From NCBI GenBank assembly GCA_963799775.1, contig CAWCYD010000003.1:1280001-1344000 (forward strand): a stretch of 64,000 nt of DNA. The letters run 5' to 3'. The position numbers were made by a program, and so were the translations under genes. Positions 1-8,924 of this stretch are shown one piece after another (position 1 is the stretch's first letter; every line of letters begins with the position of its first letter). The notes beneath the pieces are model-generated. The model was given only the letters and a program-made list of their open reading frames with translations, was not told the origin of the DNA and ran no database searches. Origin of the DNA: an uncultured archaeon. Lineage in GTDB: Archaea > Thermoproteota > Nitrososphaeria > Nitrososphaerales > Gagatemarchaeaceae.

Positions 1-1
1 C

Positions 2-415
2 GATAGGGAGAGCTACTACGCGACCTTGGGCCTCCCTCCGGATGCCACCTTTGAACAGGTGAAGTCACGCTTCAGGGAGCTCAATGAAGCGTACCTCAAG
101 ATACTCGAGCTGTCACGAAGCAGCGCAAAGGCCCGTGCGCCCGGTCGACCCGCTCAAGCCGATAACGGCGCTGTTCGGCCCAGTCCGCATCCAGACACAA
201 ATCCAAAGCAAGGGGCCTCGCCTCCGCAAGAGACGCGCACGGACCCGATAGCCAAGATCAAGGCAAGGCTCGCAAAGGGAGAGATCCAGAAAGCTCAGTT
301 TGAGAGGCTGGCAAAGGAACGCTACGACTATCTCAAGAACAAACCCTTCAGCGAGTTGACGGAGTCCGAGTTTGAGGAGAGGCTCCATGGGTTTGAGGGG
401 TTGAAGTTCCTATGA
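2..415 (+). CDS. J-domain-like protein (5'-partial), lacks the HPD loop; C-terminal SHOCT-like helix pair
   Basis: Frame open from base 2: DRESYYATLGLPPDATFEQVKSRFRELNEAYLKIL matches DnaJ helices I, II and III; C-terminal KARLAKGEIQKAQFE is SHOCT-like. Confidence 0.6.
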   Translation, partial: DRESYYATLGLPPDATFEQVKSRFRELNEAYLKILELSRSSAKARAPGRPAQADNGAVRPSPHPDTNPKQGASPPQETRTDPIAKIKARLAKGEIQKAQFERLAKERYDYLKNKPFSELTESEFEERLHGFEGLKFL

Positions 416-599
416 CCTCGGTCGCGCAGCCCGGCGAAGCGTCGGAGCCGGCATGGAGCTCTACGAATGGCTCTATGACAAGGTGGAGAACAAGTGGGTC
501 AAGATAACTGCGAAGAACATCCAAGGGAGGAGATGCGGCCGCTGTGGGTGCCCTTGCCCCTGCGCGTGCCCGGATTGTCTGCATCAATACTGCTCATAG
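412..599 (+). CDS. Small Cys-rich peptide, copy A (intact ORF 453..599, 48 aa; probable true start ATG 412 with a 1-nt indel)
   Basis: MELYEWLYDKVENKWVKITAKNIQGRRCGRCGCPCPCACPDCLHQYCS; paralog at 4274..4477; ATGA overlap with the upstream stop. Confidence 0.8.
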
Positions 600-878
600 A
601 ATTCTGTTCTCCCTCTCTAGATTCCTGCTTGCCGGCTCGGTAGTCATCTTATCATCCTCTGCGCGCCTTCCCTAATGTGACGCGCTTGGGCTTCAGAGCA
701 GTGGCGCTTGGGTGCTGTCTAATCTTCGTTTGGTTTGGCGTGATATGCATTCGGTTCCAAACGGCAACTCGACAGAGCCATTTCTTGGTAAGCCTAAAAT
801 CAATCCTAGCTGAGAGACGCATCCCTCGCACAAGCGAGAAAGGCACTCGAACGGTAAGATTGTCGTGAGAGTATGAAT

Positions 879-1112
879 CTAGGTAGAATGTGCTACTCCT
901 GCCCTACCCTTGGCTTTTTGACGCAACCTGACATAGAACAGTGTGAAAAACGCCCAACCAAAGGCGAGCGCTGGGACCGCGCGCTCGAGGCTTAGCGAGC
1001 CGAGAACAAAACCGGGTAAACTAACCCCTAAGTAGAGGAGCATCATCAAAACAATGAACTTTACGTATCCTTTAGACGCTATCCAATCCCTGAATCCCGA
1101 GAGCGGGTCCAA
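879..1112 (-). CDS. Small 2-TM membrane protein, candidate immunity protein
   Basis: 77 aa, two hydrophobic segments, basic tail; starts 6 nt after the stop of the upstream gene. Confidence 0.6.
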   Translation of the reverse strand: MDPLSGFRDWIASKGYVKFIVLMMLLYLGVSLPGFVLGSLSLERAVPALAFGWAFFTLFYVRLRQKAKGRAGVAHST

Positions 1113-1118
1113 GAGATA

Positions 1119-1965
1119 TCACCCATATCCTAATGCTTCACAGGCAGCCGCGCAAGCTGCATCAATGACATCGTATTCCTCTATAACGAAGACTATAACC
1201 ACGGCTGCTAGAATACAGACACCAAATGTGGAGATGATGCAGGCCACGAATACCACAGCTATGGTCACGATCACCACAATCTCGCACACAAGGTCACAAT
1301 CCTGATCCATATCCACCGAAATCGTGCCGCTTACGTTGAGATTCGCAGTTGAACGGGGCAGCATGGCTCCCATTTTTAGAAAGGAGGCCGCCATCAGCGC
1401 GTAGTACGAGCCGAGCTGTCTGATTGTAGAGTTTTGTGAGGCAATGTCTTGGGCAGCAACTATGCCAAGCCCGGCCGCGTTTCCTAGGAGCTGGTTGGTG
1501 AGGGTGGACGTGTAGTTCAAGACGAAGACGTCTCCCAGCTTGAGGTCTCTACCTTTGGGAATGATATTCGCTCCGAGGACTGCCAAGTATCGACTGCTGC
1601 TTGCATTCCGCGCGAGGCTCTCCAGAATCGTGACCGTGTAGGTATTCGCGACCTCAGTGTACTGGAGATAGACAATGCTCGTTCCTTTGGTAGTGCCGAC
1701 CGATGCCATCAGCGTCGATTCTCCTCGACTCAGCGTTGTATTTGAAAAACCTTCCAAGCTTGCCTTTCCGGAAGGGATGCTCGGCATAGTCTGCGGCATA
1801 GAGAAGGGCTTTTCTGAGTTCAAATGAAATGGCGAGTTCATTTCGTACACGTTGCGGATTTGAATAGGCACTTGATTAGTTGCGCCGGAAGCGGGTGTTA
1901 CCGGGTAAGATAAAGACAACAAACAAACCGGCCAGAAAGATTCCGCCTAACTCGCGTATCCTCAA
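1119..1965 (-). CDS. Secreted halocin-C8-like bacteriocin precursor (frameshift near 1905)
   Basis: TTG at 1965 plus removal of one base gives the signal peptide MRIRELGGIFLAGLFVVFILPVTPASGA; C-terminal ~60 aa is hydrophobic with 6 Cys and ends ACAAACEALGYG. Confidence 0.55.
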
Positions 1966-2392
1966 CGCTTGGGAAAAAGGCGTGAGATAACGATATATGC
2001 GTTCCGTCAAGAATTTCGGTGATTCTTTTGGTTTTCTCCCCAATTTCCGGCTGACCTATGCCATAACCTATGGGACACGCTCCCTAGCATGCTCTACGTC
2101 GAGGACAGGTTCGCGAACTATGTCCCGTTCCTTGAGCTTGTCGCCCTCAGGTGACGAGCAAGGGAGAAGAGGCTACCGCGAAGATGCAAGGCTATGTCCT
2201 GAATCTACAGGATATGCTGGGGAAGACCTACGATGCAAGAGACGTCACGTATGACCTCAAGGTCGACCTCGAAGAAATAATCTGGTGAGGGCTGAGCTAG
2301 CGCGAGACCGCGCCGTTGGCTTCGTAATCTTCCTGCTAATCGGCACGTTTGTGACCTCTTCGTGCTCTACGGACTTTCGCGGGTGTAGGAGC

Positions 2393-3361
2393 CTAGGGAC
2401 TCGCGAGGGTCAGCGACGTCACGCTCGTCGTTTCGCCGAGGGTGGTACCCTGCTCGCTAATCTGCGTCTGCTCGTATAGGATCATCGTTAGGCCCGTCCC
2501 CTGGACCGTCCCTATGCCCTCGACGAGGTTGCTCAGCGTGGTCCCGCAGTAGGTCAAGGGAAGGGACTTCAGCGTGTAGTAGGTCATCTTCACCTGCGTC
2601 GGCCCGAGGGAGACGGTCGTCGAGTTGAGGACCGCGACGTTCGGGTCAGACACGACCCCGCTCGTGTAGGTGCTCGCGTGGAACAGAATCAAGAAGGACG
2701 AGACGTCGGCCTGACCCATGGCCTCTGCCGAGGCTCCGGTGGAGTTGCCCAGGACCGGCGAGCTCACGCTCGTGGCCGTCCCGTTGGGGGCGAACATGTC
2801 GACTGTGGAGACGTTGAACCCGGTGATGCTCGTCGTGAAGTTCACCTCGTAGTACTCGAGGGAGCCTATCGTGGGCCGTCCGATAATCTGGTAGGACGAG
2901 CTCGTCGCCAAGCCCATAGTCCCGACGATGTTAGATGTCACGGTCATCTGGGAGAAATTCCCGAAGAGCTCGGCCAAAGTCGCGTTTCCGGGGCCCTCGT
3001 TGTAGAGGCCGGTCAGGTTGCCCACCAAAGCGCTGACGGTGGAGTTGAGCTGGGCCATGCTTTCCGTGCTGTTGAACAGGCAGGGAATGGAGGTGGTCGA
3101 AGACGAGCTCGTGCTGGTCGTAATCGGGATCGCGCTGCTCGGCGAGCTCGTCGAGCTCGTTGAGGTAGCGGTGGTCGACATCGAAGAGGTGGAAATGGCC
3201 TCGGTGCTAGAGGAAGACGTGCTTCCGCTGGAAGAAGGCGCCTGTGATAGCGAGAGGACGGCCGCCGCTCCGACGGCAGAGACCCCGATTACCGCTACGA
3301 CGACAAGGGCCAAGACCCTTGGGACGCCTGCGCGTCTGGCCAAACGGGAAGAGTCCGCCAA
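2393..3361 (-). CDS. Membrane-anchored/secreted Ser/Thr-rich surface protein
   Basis: N-terminal TM/signal, S/T linker, beta-rich domain with many N-x-S/T sequons. Confidence 0.75.
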   Translation of the reverse strand: MADSSRLARRAGVPRVLALVVVAVIGVSAVGAAAVLSLSQAPSSSGSTSSSSTEAISTSSMSTTATSTSSTSSPSSAIPITTSTSSSSTTSIPCLFNSTESMAQLNSTVSALVGNLTGLYNEGPGNATLAELFGNFSQMTVTSNIVGTMGLATSSSYQIIGRPTIGSLEYYEVNFTTSITGFNVSTVDMFAPNGTATSVSSPVLGNSTGASAEAMGQADVSSFLILFHASTYTSGVVSDPNVAVLNSTTVSLGPTQVKMTYYTLKSLPLTYCGTTLSNLVEGIGTVQGTGLTMILYEQTQISEQGTTLGETTSVTSLTLASP

Positions 3362-3644
3362 GTGCCGGAGTTCAACAGGCGCCGAGCGAACTTATGGGTT
3401 GTGAAGGCCGAATCAATATTCCAGCGGCCAGTCGATGTCTCCAAGTCCAGAGAATGGGAAGGAGCCCAGGGAGAAGATTGTTCCCATATCATAATATCCA
3501 AAACAGACACTTTTGGTCACCTTGCTGAGAGGCCGACCTCCGCATATCCCCATTTTGCCTTTGCCGCAGCGCTAGCGGCAGTCCTCCTAGTCCGAGCGAG
3601 GCAAGTCCCTCGAGGCCGCTAACCGCGAATCATAGACGAGCTCG

Positions 3645-3773
3645 TTAAGACTTGTCGTTCGCCCCCCGTCTTCTACCCCTGACTGCCCGGTCTACCATCT
3701 TCTCGAAAGCCGCGTCGTCATTGAGAAGCCTGTCCAGCTTCTGTAACTCCTTTTTTGTCAGTGGCTTGCTCAA
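3645..3773 (-). CDS. Small helical protein (42 aa), possible paralog of 5311..5472
   Basis: MSKPLTKKELQKLDRLLNDDAAFEKMVDRAVRGRRRGANDKS, translated by hand (below ORF-track cutoff). Confidence 0.45.
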   Translation of the reverse strand: MSKPLTKKELQKLDRLLNDDAAFEKMVDRAVRGRRRGANDKS

Positions 3774-3889
3774 GGACTTTGCCTCTGGGTCGTCGAAATT
3801 GGAGGTGAGGCCGTCTAATGACTGCCGATTTGATTGCAGTCTTTATACCGAGCTCCGCATCTCGAATGGATTGCAGTTGCGAACCTTCG

Positions 3890-4144
3890 CTAGATCGGCC
3901 CCTTGTGCGCCTTGAGGACCACAGAGCTTGCGGTGCTCCTGATTCCTTTGACCTTCATGATCTTGTGTTCGAGGAGCTCCCTGAAGTCCTCGAGGGTGTC
4001 CACAGAGAATAGCGTCAGGAGGTCGAACTCTCCGGTGACCTCGTAAAGGTGCACAAGGTCTTCGAGCTTGGATAGGGCTACGACTACGTCATCCATCTCA
4101 GGCTTCTCCACAAAGATTTCTACGAAGACCAGGAGACGGGGCAA
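3890..4144 (-). CDS. Stand-alone Lrp/AsnC ligand-binding (RAM) domain protein
   Basis: LYEVTGEFDLL...IMKVKGIRSTASSVVL motif; no HTH. Confidence 0.85.
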   Translation of the reverse strand: MPRLLVFVEIFVEKPEMDDVVVALSKLEDLVHLYEVTGEFDLLTLFSVDTLEDFRELLEHKIMKVKGIRSTASSVVLKAHKGPI

Positions 4145-4273
4145 CCCTAAACGTCATGCATCGGGGGTCACTTGGTGATATAACTTCCGCGGGGGAGAAG
4201 TACACATGGCGCCACCCTCCAGGCCGTGGCCTGGTGGTCTCATGCCTCTTGTGACGAGGACGCTCGAAGATAG

Positions 4274-4477
4274 ATGGAGGGATCTCTAGAGGTGTCAGCC
4301 TCCCAGCCTCCCGAGGGGTCTGAGAAGAACGAGGAGCCATACGAATGGGCCTACGACCAGGCTCAGAACAAGTGGGTCAAGATAACGGCGAAGAACAGCC
4401 AGGGCAGACGGTGTGGTCGTTGCGGGTGTAGTTGTCCCTGCACGTGCGCGGATTGCCTCTTCCAGTGCTGCTCGTAA
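4274..4477 (+). CDS. Small Cys-rich peptide, copy B (67 aa)
   Basis: YEWAYDQAQNKWVKITAKNSQGRRCGRCGCSCPCTCADCLFQCCS; 9 Cys. Confidence 0.8.
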   Translation: MEGSLEVSASQPPEGSEKNEEPYEWAYDQAQNKWVKITAKNSQGRRCGRCGCSCPCTCADCLFQCCS

Positions 4478-4526
4478 CTCCGTTGCGCCCATTTCGCGAC
4501 CCAGGAAGGGCTCCACGCTGGACGCT

Positions 4527-4838
4527 TTAGCTGGTGAGAGTGAGCTCTATCTTTACGTCCTCGGGAATCGAAAGCTTCGTTATCTGCCTCATGGCCCTGT
4601 CGTTCGGCTCCACATAGATGAGCCTTCTGTGAATCCTGAGTTGCCAGTGGTCGAACGTGTGGGTACCCTCGCCCGTTGGGGCTTTCCTAGTGGTAATCTT
4701 CAGCGTCTTGGTTGGCAGAGGCTGCGGGCCCACGCTCTTGACGCCCGCCTTGTCCGCGATATCCTTAATCTCCCAGGCAAGCCTGCCCAGCTCATTAAGG
4801 TTGGAGCTGGTCAGCTTGATTCTCGCATACTGTGGCAT
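4527..4838 (-). CDS. rps10: 30S ribosomal protein S10 (uS10), archaeal type
   Basis: ARIKLTS...GPQPLPTK.LKITTRKAP.GEGT.TFDHWQLRIHRRLI...IPEDVKIE. Confidence 0.95.
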   Translation of the reverse strand: MPQYARIKLTSSNLNELGRLAWEIKDIADKAGVKSVGPQPLPTKTLKITTRKAPTGEGTHTFDHWQLRIHRRLIYVEPNDRAMRQITKLSIPEDVKIELTLTS

Positions 4839-4964
4839 TGTCTTTGGGACTCGCGTCTAGGCTTGCTACTTAGGCCTTTGCCAAATCGCCCGCGAGATCC
4901 TGCAACGAAGGAATACGGACGCCCCATGCCTCGATCGGAGCATCTCCTGGCTAAGGCCGTTGGT

Positions 4965-5153
4965 TCATCTTGAAGGAGGGTTCAGGCAACGCACTTCCTT
5001 GCTGGTGACAAGCACCCGGTCGGTCGTGACCGTCTCTGTCACTGTGAAGGACACCATCCTGACGAAGCGCAACCCCGAGATGTCCCGCTCCGCGAAAGCG
5101 ACCTGCACCTTCTCGACGGTGAGCTTGAGCTCCACCATCTTGTCCCGCATCAA
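4965..5153 (-). CDS. Hypothetical protein
   Basis: 62-aa ORF, plausible composition, no motif recognised. Confidence 0.35.
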   Translation of the reverse strand: MMRDKMVELKLTVEKVQVAFAERDISGLRFVRMVSFTVTETVTTDRVLVTSKEVRCLNPPSR

Positions 5154-5310
5154 CCCTCGAATGCCCCAATAACGGCCTAATGGCGGCCACAGACAAGAAA
5201 TCTATACCAGAGGCTCAGGCCCCGCGTCAGCCTGCGGCCAAGGACCCAGGTTGCGAGAGCTATGCCGCCATGGCCGCTTAAATTCAACGACGCACTGTCT
5301 GGCCATTTGG

Positions 5311-5472
5311 ATGACCTCCTCGCTTACCGAAAGAGACCGGAAAGAGTTGGAAGAGATTCTCGCCGACCCCGTGAAGAGGGCAGAGCTAGCCAACAGGGCG
5401 ATTGATGCGTGGGTTCTTCAGGGGCTTCCAAAGTCGAGACGATCCTCAAAGAACTCGAAGAAACGCTCCTGA
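5311..5472 (+). CDS. Small helical protein with basic tail (53 aa)
   Basis: MTSSLTERDRKELEEILADPVKRAELANRAI...; CTTAAA box ~30 nt upstream. Confidence 0.5.
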   Translation: MTSSLTERDRKELEEILADPVKRAELANRAIDAWVLQGLPKSRRSSKNSKKRS

Positions 5473-5735
5473 CGCGCATTCCTCTCGCCTACAAGAGAAG
5501 CCCGGAGCGATTCTTCAGAGAACTCTCGACGCTTGAGATTGTGTTAGGGATTAAAGAGAAATTGAGGCACAGTTCGCCGCAGTGAGCAGGTCGCCCTGCC
5601 CACAAACGGAGCGAGCAGACAATGCTTATGGCAGGCTCGAAACTTCCCGCGCAGACGAAAGACTTGCAGCGCTCTAGCGTCGTCCCAAAGAAGAAGAAGC
5701 CTCCGCACTAGGCATTACGAGGAACCGACCCAGCC

Positions 5736-6296
5736 TCATTCGTGGTATTTCTTCTCGCCCGCTCGGATCGCCACCTTGAGCCAGTTCTCCTGCGGCGGGA
5801 GGGGGCAGACGAATCCTTCGTTATAGGCGCAGTAGGGGTTGTAGGCGTAGTTGAAGTCCACGAGGTATCTGTCGTCGTGCTGGACCTCCATGTCGAGATA
5901 CCGCCCCGACCCGTAGGTCTCCTTCCCTGAGGTCGCGTCCCTGAAGGGGACGAAGAGGTTGCGGTCTTCGCGCTCGGCGGACTGGTAGGCTAGGAGCTGG
6001 AATGGCGGGCCGTTGAGAGTTAGGTCGAAGCGGCCCACCTTGTTGAAGAGCTGGCGCGTCCCTTTGCTCGTGGTCATCATGAGGCCCCGCTCTGGAGACC
6101 TGCTGAGCTTCGTGTCGAAGCGAAAGGCAGGGTCCGGCTCGAAGTAGTTGAGGCCCACAAACTGACTGGAGTGCGCGAACGGCGAGTCGGGGCCGTTCCG
6201 GAAGAATTCGTTCTTCTGCTCCCTGAACCTGAGAAGGGCTCGCCTCCAAGTCTCGAGCTCATCAGGCTGCATCGTGGGTCTCATGAGAGGAGTCAA
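5736..6296 (-). CDS. DUF1684 family protein
   Basis: FVPFRDATSGKETYGSGRYL...DFNYAYNPYCAYN...CPLPP.EN.L...IRAGEK. Confidence 0.92.
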   Translation of the reverse strand: MTPLMRPTMQPDELETWRRALLRFREQKNEFFRNGPDSPFAHSSQFVGLNYFEPDPAFRFDTKLSRSPERGLMMTTSKGTRQLFNKVGRFDLTLNGPPFQLLAYQSAEREDRNLFVPFRDATSGKETYGSGRYLDMEVQHDDRYLVDFNYAYNPYCAYNEGFVCPLPPQENWLKVAIRAGEKKYHE

Positions 6297-6361
6297 GGAT
6301 AACCTTTCTCAGTGGTCCGCCACCAATGCTTAATTCGAGGCGTCAAAGGCCCGCATGTTGA

Positions 6362-6703
6362 TTGGTGGAAGAGAGAGTGGCTGAATCAACGAGAAGGACG
6401 ACGGCAATCAAGTACAGACGGCTCGACGACCTCGTGAAGTTTGTGAGCATGACCCCGCAGCCTTTTCTGAACCACATCGAGCGGGCTGGGAAGCATCTCT
6501 ACTTCTTCGTGCTGCCGTTCTCGGGCGGGCTCTTGGTCTCCTACCTCTCGGCTGACAAGAAGATAGAGGGCGAGTATATCACGATCAACAGGATGTCGGG
6601 ACGCTTCTCGGCCTCGAGCAAGCCTAGCTTCGACGCCCAGTCTCTAGACATGCCGATCCTTGAGGTCGAGGCCACCGACCTCTTGGACGCCATGACGTCC
6701 TAA
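6362..6703 (+). CDS. Conserved hypothetical archaeal protein
   Basis: 113-aa globular ORF with upstream CTTAAT box; resembles small TACK-type hypothetical proteins. Confidence 0.6.
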   Translation: MVEERVAESTRRTTAIKYRRLDDLVKFVSMTPQPFLNHIERAGKHLYFFVLPFSGGLLVSYLSADKKIEGEYITINRMSGRFSASSKPSFDAQSLDMPILEVEATDLLDAMTS

Positions 6704-7017
6704 GCTCAGGCGCCGCCGAAATCGACGAACTCGGCAAGCGGATGGACGTGACTCAACGTCTCGCCGTGGTCGAGGAGCAGCTCAAGGAGCTGCGGACGAG
6801 AGCCTAGTCTATCCAGATGGAACTCAGGATGGGCAGCTGCCCGTCGTCAGGAGAATGGACCCGGGACTTGCCATTTTCCGACTCTTTCTTGACCGCCAAG
6901 TCAAGCGACAAGCCTTTGGCCACCGGCGCATGCCGGTATTTAGGCTCCAGGAACATTCTTCTAGAATCATCGTGCGATGACTCGTTCCAAAACCTATTAT
7001 CGGACTAGCCCGGGAGC

Positions 7018-7377
7018 ATGGTAGGCCCGATGGACTCTCTCACAAAGCTCAAACTGACTCTCGCCATAATGGCGAGCAGAGTCCGACCCAGAAAGAGACG
7101 TGTTGATTTCGGGGCGCCCAGTCCTCACAGCCAGCGTTGGGACGAGAGGGAGAGGACGGAGTCCATGCGCGCGCAGCAGGTCGGCGCGCAAGGCTCGCGT
7201 CGTGCCCTCAACATGAGGGTCTTGGCGCTCATCGGCACCATGTTTGCTATCTCGCTCTTGGCCGACCTCCTCCTGCCCCCTATCATGGGCACCGCAGTGA
7301 GCTTGGCACTCTTGGGCGGCGCGCTCGCGTACATTTTGTATGTGAGGCGCAAGCGCTCTTCATATCGGCCGATGTAG
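7018..7377 (+). CDS. Small 2-TM membrane protein (start may be 7165)
   Basis: Two hydrophobic helices followed by RRKR. Confidence 0.55.
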   Translation: MVGPMDSLTKLKLTLAIMASRVRPRKRRVDFGAPSPHSQRWDERERTESMRAQQVGAQGSRRALNMRVLALIGTMFAISLLADLLLPPIMGTAVSLALLGGALAYILYVRRKRSSYRPM

Positions 7378-7398
7378 CAGCCCGCGAAAAATAGCCCG

Positions 7399-7650
7399 TT
7401 ACTTTCCGAGCGCCTTGCCAAGCAGGGCGTAGAATTCCTCCGCAGCCTCTAAAGAGAGGTTGAACCCCTGCTTCGTGGGCCCGCTGTAGCGGTTCCCCTT
7501 CACCCACGCTCGCATCGCGACCACTTCGCGCTTGTCCCTCTTCGTCACTCCCCGCTGGAACTTCACGACGGTTGCCTCGCCGAGCTTGAGCTCCCCGACG
7601 TCGCTCACCTGCTCCCAGTATTGTTGCCCGCCACCCGTCTCTTCTGACAT
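7399..7650 (-). CDS. PC4/YdbC-like ssDNA-binding protein
   Basis: VAMRAW...PTKQGFNLS..A.EF..LL parallels the PC4 motif VDIRE.W...PT.KGI.L. Confidence 0.65.
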   Translation of the reverse strand: MSEETGGGQQYWEQVSDVGELKLGEATVVKFQRGVTKRDKREVVAMRAWVKGNRYSGPTKQGFNLSLEAAEEFYALLGKALGK

Positions 7651-7777
7651 CTCGCTAACCTGCCATTGCTTACCGCCCTCTGCCTTAAGTCGCTATCTCT
7701 CGGCTGATGCATCAGAAGACGGCTAGGCTGTGATTGGGGAACTTTATCTGCGGCCCAAACGCGGCGCGCATCGTCAC

Positions 7778-8836
7778 ATGAGCCCCGACGAAGCGCTGAA
7801 CGAGAAGGTCGCAAAGAAGATCCTGACAGAGACCCTCCGGATGAAGAGGGGCGAGACTCTGACGATAGAGACCTGGAACAACGGTCTCGCATTCGCCCAG
7901 AGGCTCGCGCTTGAGGCGAAGCGGATGGGCGTCATTCCCGTGATCGTTTTCGAGGACGAGCAGGGCTACGTCGACGGCGTCAAGGTCACGCCGAAAGAGA
8001 TACTGGGGACGATGGGCAAGCAAGAGTACGGCCTGCTGTCAGGATCTGACGCTTACGTCTTCATCCCCGGGCCGCCCATCGGCGCATACTCCCCCCGCCT
8101 CACCAAACAGGAGCACTCTGACTCGACAAAATACAATACCTCGTGGTACGAGGCAGCGGAGAAGGCGAAGCTGAGGGGGGCAAGGCTCCCCTGGGGCTAC
8201 GTGGGAAAGGAATACGCGAAGCTCTATTCGAAGGGGCCCGAGGAGTTCGCACGGGCGCAGCTAAAGGCGGCCCTCGCAGACTTTTCGCAGCTTTCGGCCA
8301 CAGGCAGAGCCGTTGGGAAGGTCTTGCTCGACGGGACAAAGGCGACCCTCATCTCTCCAGGAGCGAGACTGGAGCTCGTGCTACAAGGCGACGCGGAGCT
8401 GGAGGATGGGATGGTCGACCAGGCCGATGTTCTGGGCGGGTACAACATGACCTTCGTTCCCCCAGGCTATTTCATGAAGCAGGTCGATACGACCTCCGCC
8501 AACGGAAGGGTCAAGCTCTCGCCGTCGATGACCCGGCTCGGTCTCCTTCGAGATGCCGAGCTGGAGTTCGACGGGGGAAGGCTCACGAGGTGGAAGAGCG
8601 AGAGTGCGGGCAAGGTGCTTTCGCAGCTCGTAGAGGCCGTGCCTTACGAGAATCGAACCTTGTCGTCGATAATGGTGGGGCTCAATCCCTTGATGAAGTA
8701 TGACTTTGGTCAAGACAGGATGGTCTGGGGCTCCTTGAACCTCGCTGGGTTCGGGTTCGCCGGGGTCGTGAGGAAGGGCACCCTTAGGGCGGGAGACAGG
8801 ATCATCGTCGACAAGGGCAGCCTCTCCTTCCCGTAG
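7778..8836 (+). CDS. M29 (aminopeptidase T)-like protein, metal ligands apparently lost
   Basis: KILTETLRMKRGETLTI N-terminus, VPPG, LEFDGG and GLNP motifs. Confidence 0.7.
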   Translation: MSPDEALNEKVAKKILTETLRMKRGETLTIETWNNGLAFAQRLALEAKRMGVIPVIVFEDEQGYVDGVKVTPKEILGTMGKQEYGLLSGSDAYVFIPGPPIGAYSPRLTKQEHSDSTKYNTSWYEAAEKAKLRGARLPWGYVGKEYAKLYSKGPEEFARAQLKAALADFSQLSATGRAVGKVLLDGTKATLISPGARLELVLQGDAELEDGMVDQADVLGGYNMTFVPPGYFMKQVDTTSANGRVKLSPSMTRLGLLRDAELEFDGGRLTRWKSESAGKVLSQLVEAVPYENRTLSSIMVGLNPLMKYDFGQDRMVWGSLNLAGFGFAGVVRKGTLRAGDRIIVDKGSLSFP

Positions 8837-8924
8837 CACCCGTATCCTGTCAATTCTCTCGAAGCCCGAGGTGGATTCGATTTGGCTCTGCTGCGTTAAT
8901 GGGGTCCAGGCCTTTACTCTCAAC

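Noticed and set aside
2089-2288. Two tiny coupled ORFs (MLYVEDRF..., MTSKGEEA...) as remnants at the island edge
   Set aside because: Too short and unrecognisable to support a call.
487-4396. 22-nt identical stretch (487 and 4365) as a CRISPR repeat or att site
   Set aside because: Only two copies, both inside paralogous coding sequences with synonymous divergence around them; no array, cas gene or integrase.
4845-4900. CTCGCG...CGCGAG inverted repeat upstream of rps10 as an autoregulatory leader
   Set aside because: Only 6 bp in GC-rich DNA and probably spans the promoter; expected by chance.
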